The notes beneath the pieces are model-generated. The model was not told where the DNA came from. It did no database searches and was given only the letters and a program-made list of their open reading frames with translations. From contig DF237316.1 in NCBI GenBank assembly GCA_000708835.1, positions 28,622 through 92,621 on the forward strand: a stretch of DNA of 64,000 nucleotides, written 5' to 3'. This DNA comes from Klebsormidium nitens. Its lineage: Eukaryota; Plantae; Klebsormidiophyceae. Of this stretch, positions 9,730 through 20,012 are shown piece after piece; position 1 is the stretch's first letter; the number at the start of each line of letters is the position of its first letter. A program made the position numbers and the translations under genes.

Positions 9730-12700
9730 CTAACTACGTGCATAGACGCTCTTGACCCCCGGATAATACAGCTCCCTCTTTCCGAAAACGTTGACGGCCT
9801 TCCCGCTTCGCTTCAACCCCTTCCCCTCCATGCGCTTCTTCAACGCCTCGGGTTTGATTTCCTCATGCGAGAATTTGTTGTAGTCGTCGACGAAGTCATG
9901 CTCGAGAGTCTCCAGGCCGGTTCCCCGCAGGCAGTGCTTTAGAAAACGCTGCAGCATGTCGCAGTCTTCGAAATAGGCCCGCGTCGCCTCGACGACCTCC
10001 GGCGGAGTCTCGCCGAGGCCCTCATTGTAATACGCAACGGACTCGCGGGCGAGGAGGGAGAGCAACTGCTCTAGGACGTCGGGGGCTAGCATGCTTTCCT
10101 TCAGGCCGGTGTTTGCAAGCCGGTGGTCGGGATTCGATGGGTCGAATCTGTCGGCCGTCACGTAGCTGTTCGGGAATCTAAAGACTTCGATACGCCTGCG
10201 GAAGTTGTCGGCTTTTGGATTGGTCCCCGGGGGCAGCAGGGGGGGGTTGTTGGTCTGGATGAAGGGCATGTGGGTCAGCGGGAACTCCACGTTTTTGCCG
10301 TAGAGGTCTCGGGCGACGATGTCGCCCCCTCCGCACGTCGATAGAACGAGGGCCGCATCCACACACTGAGCTTCGTCCGTCTCGTCAGATATGACCATGC
10401 GCTTGTCCTTCAAGGCGAAGAGGTAGTGGGTTGGCGAGCCCTTCGAGGCAGGCCGCTGTCCAGGGGTTTTGACGACCGCGTCCGTGGACATGGTGCCGTA
10501 GTAGGGGCCAAAGGCGGCCTTGATCATCTCCTTCCACACCCCCTTCCCATCCCTGCAACGCATTACGAATCTTTGACTACCTTCTTTTTCGATTAAATCT
10601 GATTTTGTAAAGAAGAAGGACATTGAACATCCATATTGCATAGGAAGTGAAGGCCACTAACAGAACTGCACAACGGTCCTCTCCTTGTCTCCTGTAAATA
10701 CTCTGCGCATAAGTCCAAACATCCTGAAGGGCCATTGACAGGACTCCACAACGGTTATTTTTCTCGGCTCCTGGAAATACTTTGCACACAAGCTCAAACA
10801 TCCTGAACAACCTCAGGCTGGCTCACCTCCGAGCCCGATGAGAAAGAAGATCTTCTCCTCGCGCGTCATGCCATTTGCTGCGTAAGCAAACACGCGCAGA
10901 TACCGCTGGATGAGCGGCTTGTTGGCGTTGAAGATGTCCTCCAAGAACTCCACGGGGGCCGGCGAGGCATGCTCCAGTCCCTGCCAAAACGGTGGTAAAA
11001 ACTTAGAAAGTCGACACCCACTTGAATGATCGTGGAACGTTTGCAATGAAGGGGGGGGGGGGAGGTTGAGTTAATGGGAAGAGAAGCGAGGAGCTCACCA
11101 TGTAGCGCAGATCGATCATGCGAGTGCACATGTGCTGCGGCCGGTGGGCGTCCAGAGCGCCCGTCTCCAGCTGCCAGATGCCGTTGCGGCAGTTGATGAT
11201 GTGGACGTCCTTATCCAGGAGCGCAAAGAGGTCAAGCGCATACATCTCGCCCTGCATGACCTCCATCGTGCTCTTGATAGCCGACGAGTTGTTGTAAATC
11301 TTGACGCCTTTGATGATTTCTTCCAGTCTCTGAGCCTTCTTCTTGTCCGTCTCGTCTTTCGCCTCCTTCTGCAACCGTTCGCGTACTCGATCGTACACCC
11401 TGCTGAGCTAGTGCATCATGACGAACCGGACGTATGCGCCGGTGGGATCCTCCTCGTAGCACGTCCGTTCCAGAAGTACCACTTCTTGTAGAAGAACAGT
11501 CTGCGTAGTAGAAAAGAGAGACTATATATGCCCGCCGGTGTATCAGAAAGTTTGGCCAAAAAAAATGAACGTAATAAACATGCCTTTCAAAAATATACAG
11601 CCGTTTGGATGTTGGCATCAGTTTGCAGCCCAGATTCGACGGCAACCAGCGTCTCAGATACTCTACGCAGAAGCTTTAACAACATAAACATGTCGGACCT
11701 GCGCACGTACCTGCCGCAGGATGAGTACATCTGGCTGGCAATATGGCTTCCGCCCATGTCCCCCTGGAACGCCCAATGATCCACGAAGCGCTTATCCAGG
11801 GTCTTATAGACGCTCTCGTCGTCGGCGGAAACGGGGGCCACCTCCCCGCCGAGCATTGCCTCGTACCGGGTAAGCATCCCGATCTGCTTGAGGGGGCGGA
11901 TTTCGCAGCACTCGCTGCTGCTGCAGCAGTACAGCAGCGCCCGGCCGCGGACGAGGACGGAGAAGTTGTTCGAGCTGTGTTGCTGCCCGTACGGGCATTT
12001 GCGCTCTCCGTGTGCCCTGTAGACGTACATGTCGCCGGCTGGGTACTTCTTCAGCCTGTCGAAGGTGGATCTGGTATCCCCTGCTTTTGCGAGGCACACT
12101 CGAATCCGCTCCAGAACGGCCGGTTCGGCGTTGCCATCCCTCTCGGTCGGGTCCGGTTCGGCCGTCGGACCCCAGAAGGGCTCGTGTTTGACGGAGTCCC
12201 TGAAATACACACGAGCGTTGAACGGTCGGCGGCAGCTTGAACTATCATGAACGGTTGCACACCTCATACGTCTCTGCGTTCAAGTGTTCAAGAAATGGCA
12301 CAAAATATTCTCAACCTCTACAGAAGTGGTACAACGGATGCATCTACTGGGAGGATTCGAAGAGCGCCATGGCATCCCAGAACAAGCCTCACCTGGCGGC
12401 AGCCCCCTCGCCGTTGATGACCGCGATCAGCCAATCGGGCATTGCCTTCAGGTTGGACCGGTCCTTCAGGATCTCTTGGATCCACTCATACCGCCGCTCC
12501 TCGCCGTCTAGGGCTCTGTAGCAGCTCGGATCGCAGTATATGAGCCCTCCGTCTCCCCGGGTGTCGATTCCCACCTGTTTTTCTCCACGTGAGACCTTGC
12601 CGATTGCCGCCGCTGATCAGACCCGCTTGCGTCGAGGCCGCAAGGGAGAAAAACAGGTGCAGGCCACCCCTTCCCGTTCGCTCGCAAGGGGTGTCGTCGG

Positions 12701-15700
12701 GCAAACTGTCGTTCTCTTCCACCATCTGTCCGAAGGCGACATCTCCGCCACCGGACAAATCGATGTCGACCACGTAGCGATCCGATTCCGACCCGGTCAT
12801 GATTGCTAATGATTTGCGCCCCTGTTTCACGTGCTTCTGCAAGCAGTTGTCCAGACGACACTCCTTCCAGCCGTCGGTGAAATTTCGCGGCTTTTTGACG
12901 CCGTCCTTGTTGACGAAGAGGTCCAAAGTGCACGCAGGGATTGCGAGGCTGTGAAAGTGGCGTGCTGCAGCGACGCATTTGTCTACGGCTGGCTCCGTTG
13001 CCTCTGCTGTCGCCTCCTGCAAAAGCCGGAGACCGATATTACTTTGCCCGAATTCTTGAACATCCTAAACATGCATACGGCGAAGGCTACCAGACTGGGC
13101 ACGCATCCAGGTGTTTAAGTTTTCGCCGAAACTATTATGGGATCCTAGCTCAGAGGGCCTACCTCCGACCCGTCGTCAGTGGCTTCCTCAGTTGCCTCCG
13201 GCCGTGGCTCAAGTAGTCCGATCTCCATGCCAGCGTGAGCTGCTGCCCCTGCCGCCACCTGGAAAAGCTGGAGACCAATAAAAGTTTGGGCGAATCCATA
13301 TACATTTTGAACATACGTACGGTGAAGGCCAAGGCTACCAGACTTGGCACGCCTCCAGATGTTTTTGATGTTCATGCTTTTGCCCAAATTATTATGAGAT
13401 CCAAGGTCAGTAGGTAGGCTGCCTCTGCTACCGCCACCTGGAAAAGCCGGGGACTGAGATTACTTTGCGCAAATTCCTGAACACTCTGAAAAAGGACAAG
13501 GAAGGCTACTCGGCAACGCATCCGGATGTTTGTGATGTTCATGCTTTTGCCCAAACCGAGGTCAGCCGACCTACCTCCGACCTGTCGGGAGTGGCTACCT
13601 CAGTTGCCTCCGGCCGTGGCTCTTGATCGATCTCCATACCAGCCTGTGCTGCTTCCCCTGCAGCCGCCACCTGGAAAAGCCGGAGTCCGGGTTTACTTTG
13701 TGCGAATTCCTGAATACTCTAAACGGGACGAGGAAGGCGACTTCGAACGCATCTGGATGTTTACGATGTTTATGCTTTTGCCCGAAGTATTATGGGATCC
13801 TAGATTAGTAGACGTACCTGCGACCTGTCGCGAGTGGCTTCCTCAATTGGCTCCGGCCGTGGGTTTGCTTCGATCTCCATACCAGCCTGTACTGCCGCCT
13901 CTGCTGCCGCCTCCTAAAAGATGCCGGAGGCCGAGAAAGGCTTGCGCAAATCCATAAACACTAAGATGCTATTAGACTCGGCAACGCATCGGAATGTTTA
14001 TGATGTTTATGCTTTTGCCCAAAACTATCACCAGATCCAAGCTCAGTCGACATACCTCTGGATCGTCGCAAGTGGCTTCCTCGGCTGGCTCCATCCGTGG
14101 TTATTGTTTGACACCTTCGCACCATTTGGCAACAGTGGATGCGGTCTTCCACGTGTTCAAGATGTTTGGACTTTTGGACAAACTATTTTCATGTGAGCGA
14201 AGGAGAAGGGGCAGGCTTTTGATGGAATCTGTCACGGGGGTGCCCCCTCTGGATATTTGATGTCCTTCTTTTCTATATGATCATCTTTTTTATTAATAGG
14301 AAAAGAAAGACATTAAACATCCATAGTGTTATTGGATCGGAAGGCCATTGACAGAACTCTGGTTCTCTCCTTGGCTCTTTGAAAGAGTTTGTCCAAAAGC
14401 TTAAACACCTTGAACATGAAATCGAGAGGTTTTCTCTCGCCTAAAGTCTTTATGGGTTCCAGAGTGAAAGACCTACCCCCGAGTTGCAAATGGCTTCCAC
14501 AGTCGCCGGCTCTTGCGGCATGGTGCCCACTGCCGCTGCCTCCTGGATCAGCCAGAGACCGAGATTAGTTTGCGCAAATTCAAACATCCTAAACATAAAG
14601 CCTCGGCGGCTGCCGCTGATGTTCATGCTTGTGCGCAAACTGTATATGGGATATTGAATCATATACCAACCTCTGGATCGTCGCAAGAGGCTTCCTTGGC
14701 TGGCTCCGGCCGTGGCTCTTGTTGGATCTCTATACCGGCATGTACTGCTGCCGCCACCTGAAAGAGCCAGAGACTGAGAGAAGTTTGCGCAATTCCATAA
14801 ACGTCCTGAACAAGACAAGGCATGCTACCAGGCTGGGCACGCATCTCGATGTTTATGCCGTTTATGCTTTTGCCCAAAACTATCACGGGATCCAAGCTCA
14901 GTCGACATACCTCTGGATCGTCGCAAGTGGCTTCCTCGGCTGGCTCCGGCCGTGGCTCTTGATCGATCTCCATACTAGCATGTACTGCTGCCTCTGCTGT
15001 TGCCTCCTGCAAAGTCGAAGACCGAGAGAAGTTTGCGCGAATTCCTGAACACGCTGAACAGGACGAAAAAGGCAACTCGGCACGCATTCGGATGTCTATG
15101 ATTTTTTACTTTTGCCCAAAACTATCACGGGATCGAAGTCTGTAAACCTACCTCTCGATCGTTGCAAGTTGCTTTCACAAGTGACCCCCGGCCTTGCTCA
15201 TCTTCCATCTCTGCCGGCGGTTGGTGAAAGTTGTCCACCCTCGTGTCCAGCTCCATATCAGTTGCCACTGTCGCTGCCACCTGGAAAGTTTTCCAAGAAT
15301 AGTTTGCGCTAGTTCCTGAACATCTGAACACTGGATGGAAGATTTCTACTGATGTGCATGCATCTTGTGGTGTTCAAGCTTTTGTCGAAACCTTGTCACA
15401 GTGCTAGTGAACTCACCACTTTGCAGGCGGGTTTTGGCCGCTTGCCTTTTTTTGGCATCCTCGTCTTCGTGCGCTTTGTGCTTTCGTTACTGAGCATGAC
15501 AGCCTCCAAACTAGTGCTCATGCTACTTACGTATTCCGGAGAAGTTGGCGAGTACAGTGTCTCAGCTCCTGGAGCCATTTCTGGACTGTGGTTTTCCATC
15601 TCAAAAGGCGGGGTTTCAATGCTAAGAATCGATGTACAACCGTGCTGTATGTTGGAGGGAGCAATGCCGACTACCTTGCATCCGCTTGTGCTTTCGCCAC

Positions 15701-16006
15701 TGTTTGGAAGCGCTTGCTAAGCTTTTACAGTCGTGTATCTTGTGCCGATCACTCATAAGCCCTCTTTGAACCTTGCAGCTTTTAGCAAGACTTTGAACAC
15801 GAATTGAAACCTTTGCACGAACGTTTGCGCACGGTGGCCATCGACGGCCGTCGCTGCACGATCGGGAAAAGTTTGGTCCAGACCTTGAACAGTCTGAACA
15901 TGCTCGATGAAGCCCCAAGATAGCCTAGCCTAGTTCCCTCCGGCGCTACAAATTTGGGTGATGCGGCGGGCGTCGCCGATCGGTTGAGCCTAACGTTCGA
16001 CTTCAT
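9730..16006 (-). pseudogene. Intron-rich PrimPol-D5/SF3 primase-helicase with N-terminal acidic repeats (copy A)
   Basis: Primase exon: VVDID, TGRGGLHLFF, GIDTRGDGG. Zn motif: CPYGQQHSSNNF..CC. Also WYFWNG, NCRNGIWQLETG, IGLG/DGKG and MVISDETDE. In-frame GT-AG introns at 12392-12236, 11710-11501 and 11098-10981, plus a fourth intron at 10826-10553. Frameshifts near 12580 and 11460, and a TAG near 11408. About 12 upstream short exons start from an inferred ATG at 16006. Confidence 0.8.
13020..15330 (-). repeat. Tandem exon + hairpin-intron array (copy A, about 10 units of about 250 bp)
   Basis: Example exons: 15006-14911 (96 nt, EATAEAAVHASMEIDQEPRPEPAEEATCDDPE) and 14757-14671 (87 nt). Acceptors ttttccag/ttgcag, donors gtaggt/gtatgt. 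Each intron carries inverted 29-bp arms. Confidence 0.85.
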
Positions 16007-16404
16007 ATGGTTTGGCCGCATATTCGGGAGGTGGGCGAGTCCTTGGGCCCTGGGGCGCCTATCGAGGGTTTGAAAATAAGGTCGGTCAACGTGGCAAGGC
16101 ATTATCGCATACTGTTAGGTCTATGACATTGGCGGGCTGTCAAGCCCAGCAGGAGACGTGTCATCTGTAGTACTTTGATCCGGAAAGCAGTACTGATGGG
16201 CGTGGCTATGAAGGCTGGTCAAAATACTCATAATGATCAGCCTTCGTTGAAGGGCAAACCATATGCAACCACGTAAAGAAAAGCAATGAAAATCCACGTA
16301 CTATCTTCTAGTAGGGGCCATCAGAGTTCAGAACTTCAGCATTCAAACTAAACACAGCAACAAACGTTTGGCTTGCTCTCAAACGCCACGAATTTCCTTC
16401 AAGA

Positions 16405-19400
16405 ATGGCGGAGGTTACCGAAAACCATCTGAGAGTAAAGCTGCATGCTCTGCAGATTCTGTCCGGACAGGAAGGTGCAAGCCTACTGCTTACGGAACTG
16501 GGGGTAGCCATAAAAACACAGATGGGACATACAGTGAAGGGAAAATTGAAAAAGATTCTAGCACTGTTCCCTGCTGATTTCTGGATTGATGCTCAAGACA
16601 AAGTAGTCCTGCTCAACAACCAGAGATCCTCAGGAAGGCCTATAGTGCCCCTCGAACAGGACGTTCTCCGTGCAAACCCCTCAAGATGCCCCTCTAACTT
16701 CCTTCCCACTGTCACAGTCCAAAAGAAGGAAGGAAAGGCTTCACAAGCAGGGGCAGTATTGCCTGCCTGGGTGGGCATCAAGCTGAATCGTGTGGCCTCC
16801 CAAAGCGGTGCATCTAACAGCAGCGCATCTGCAAGCACAAGCCAAAACTGGCTCATCAAACCAAAGGCGCCAACTCCGGTGACTGCAAACAAAGTGCCAA
16901 CTCCGATGCCTGCAAATCAAACTTCAGAGACCAAGAGACTGGGAAAGCTTCCTGTGACTACGAGGCAAGCACCAATTCATTTGACTGGACCTCAAGCACC
17001 ATTTCAAGTAAACGAGACTCGAGCACCAGTTTCATCAACTAGGAATGACGAGGCACCAGTTCCAGCAACCAAGGACCAAGCATCGGTTTCAAATACAGCC
17101 GTCTGGGTACCCCAGCCACTGGTCGCTCCAGAGAGTCCCAGCCAGGTGCTTGTCATCACCGACAAGGAAGCTCTGGGTGCCGCTGTTCAAAGCATTGCAC
17201 AGCATTCCACCATTGCAATCGACTGCGAAGGTTGCAACCTGAGCCGGACAGGAAGGCTGTGCCTCGTCCAAGTGGCGCTCCCCCCTCCCAAGCACTGCGT
17301 ATATCTCTTTGACCTTGTCTCTATGGACTCTGACACATTAGAAGCACTGAAGCAAAGCCTCGGGACTATACTTGAGGACAGGAGCGTCACAAAGGTGATC
17401 CATGACTGCAGGCAGGACAGCGACGCCCTCTTTCACCAGCTTGGCATCCGGCTGGATGGAGTGTTTGACACTCAGGCTAGCTACGTGGCGCTGGTTAAAG
17501 TGCTGAAGGCGCAGGCTTGCAGCACGAGCAGGTTTGTCCCCCTGCCAGGCCTAAACCAGCTGCTGAAGGAGTATACCGGGAAGGAGAACTCGGCGAAGCA
17601 AGATGGAAAGGTGCTCATGGAGAGGGTAAGTTATGCACTGCTGGCTGTTGAAAGAAGTACTCTTCAGCAACGGGGTTTGTGTTCGTGTTTGTGTTATTTG
17701 TGGCTTCCATTGGTTCTGAGCCTCAGAATGGCTGTCAACGTGTCTAGTAAGTGATAGGCAGATCAAAAGCGTTCTGTTGGGCTGACCAATGAGGAGGCAT
17801 ACGAACTCGAGCAGGGCTTGAAAGCGAACGTGTACCAAGCATTCTTTTTGAGCTGTAAGAACTCACCTTTCATTTGAAAAGGCAATCAGTGGAGAAGGTT
17901 CTGCCATTTGCCTTGAAAGATTGATCAAATTTCTGCAGCTCTATATCGTGAAGATCTCACCTAAGCGATCATTAGACTCCATCAGACGAGGACTTCTTGA
18001 GCTTTAAAACCTCCCTCGAATTGACCGCTGAGGTTGGAGATGGGAGCTTCCCTGCTCCCATCTTTGACCTGGAAGCTTACAGGCAAGTCACTTCGAGATG
18101 CATTGTGAAGCCATCTAACGATAAGAACTGCTGAGGTATCACCAATAAAACCCAGAGTCGGTCCGTCCTCCTTGCAGGACCCCTCCATCTGGGAAAAGCG
18201 CCCCCTCAGCTTCGTCCTCCTACAGTATGCGGCTCAGGACGTCATGGGTCTCTTTGCCGTCCAAGACGGTATCCTCCGAGACTCTTCGAAACTCGCCCTG
18301 GCTCAGCTGTCGCTCGCTAGTGCACAGTACGTCGGCGCGTTTCGCAACAACGGGGCGTCGGGAGCCCCTCCCAGCGGGAAGCAGAGGATGGCTTTCAATA
18401 AAACGGGCCGTCTGGTGCCCGTATCCGAGTTGACTTCTGAAGACACAGCCCCTGAGGAGAGCAACAGCACGGAAGAAGACTTAGCGGAGCTGCTGGCTCT
18501 TCTTCCGATAGACTTCACCGCAGAGCTCGCGAGCGGGGGCCATCGACTTATGGAGATTGTGCTCGACTTTGGCAGGCGGCCTGTTGCGCGCTTCCTCGAT
18601 GGTAGCCGCGCGTTTCTCGCCCCTGAGGTGGTCTCGAGAGCAGCCCTGAACTCCGCAGTTCAGCGACTGGGTGCTTTTGGGAGCGACAATCGGGCGGGCG
18701 TCCCTGGCACTCTGCATCGCATCAGCGCGCTGCGAGAGAGGGACTCAGGGGAGGTTCTTGGGCTGACCTACCGGGTGGGCCGAGCGGTTCTTGGGAGTGC
18801 CAGCATGGCGCGTGATATGCTGAAGACGGGGGGAAATATTTTGCTCCTGGGCCCTCCGATGACGGGCAAGACAACAATAATACGAGATCTGGCGCGGCTT
18901 CTGTCGGACGACAGTTGGGTGGTGATTGTGGACACCTCGAATGAGATTGCGGGAGCAGGGCCTGTGGCGCATGCTTCGGTGGGGAACGCTCGACGGATGC
19001 AGGTGAGATGTGAATCCGACTTTCAAAAGGGAAGCATGCTTTTCAACCCGACGTTGCCGCCGCAGATTGTCGAGAATCAGGTCCAGGGAAGTATAGAGGA
19101 GTTTTGAGGGAAGTATGGGAAATTCATTTTGCTTGGATTTCTGTCTGCCTTTGTTGCTCGAGCTTGTGAAGAGATGGTATGGGAAGCTGACAGCCCTGAA
19201 CAGCCAATCCACTTTGCGTTGTCTTCACGAAGCAATTGAGGAGGTAAAGATGATTCATTTCGAACCGTTTTGACTCCCGCTTGTACCCCGTCAAGCAGTG
19301 CATTTGCCCGCTACGTTTTCCTTTTGAATTACATTCATCTTTTGTATCATTCTTTGTTTTTGGCTATTGGCGTCCTTACATATGCCCCCTACCTATTAGA

Positions 19401-19994
19401 AACGATCAACACGCTTAGCATACGAGTCATGGGCTTTGCAGCATTTTGCATCATGAAGTGTTGCCTCTCGCTTCTTTGTAGCCGAGCATGGCATTCTAAC
19501 AAGATATGAATTGTTTGTAGGTGAAAAACTTGGAGAGCCAGTCCGCAACCATGATCGAGTGCGTTCAGAACCACGCCCCAGAGGTGATCGTTATAGACGA
19601 GATTGGACGCAAGAAGGAAGCAGAGGCTGCGCGCACAATCGCCCAGCGTGGCGTGCGCCTCATCGCGAGTGCGCATGGAAGCCTCGCCAGCCTCGTCTCC
19701 AACCCGTTCCTTTCAGAGCTGCTGGGAGGAGTGGACCTCGTGACAGTCGGCGACTCTGCTGCAAATAAGTTATACAACGGCAGAAAGAACGTCCAACAGC
19801 GGAAGCGCGAGTCCATCTTTCAGACGATCATCGAGCTCGCCCCAGAAAGGTTAAGCGAGTGGGCGATCTTCGATGACGTTGAGACGAAAGTCGATAAGAT
19901 TCTTAAGGGAGAGCCCTTCGAAGCAGAGATTAGAGTTTTAGACACTCAGACGGGGACGATCATGGTAGGACGAGAGATACGTGTTCACCAATGA
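16405..19994 (+). CDS. LOTUS/OST-HTH-like + DEDDy 3'-5' exonuclease (EXD1/Egl-like) + Ycf45/SpoIIIAA-type ATPase fusion; exons 16405-17625, 18178-19002, 19521-19994
   Basis: Exonuclease motifs IAIDCEG, KVIHDCRQDSDAL, VFDTQ and W.KRPL..YAAQDV. ATPase motifs EIVLDFGRRP, DNRAG, GPPMTGKT and VIVIDEIG. Both introns are canonical and phase 0. Confidence 0.88.
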
Positions 19995-20012
19995 TTTGAC
20001 CCCCGCAATTGT

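Larger units (their letters stand above)
2555..16010. mobile_element. Endogenous virus-like element(s): primase-helicases + tyrosine recombinase, no capsid gene seen; boundaries uncertain
   Basis: Compact cluster of genes typical of Polinton-like viruses, NCLDVs and transpovirons, with degenerating mutations. No TIR or TSD identified. Confidence 0.65.
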
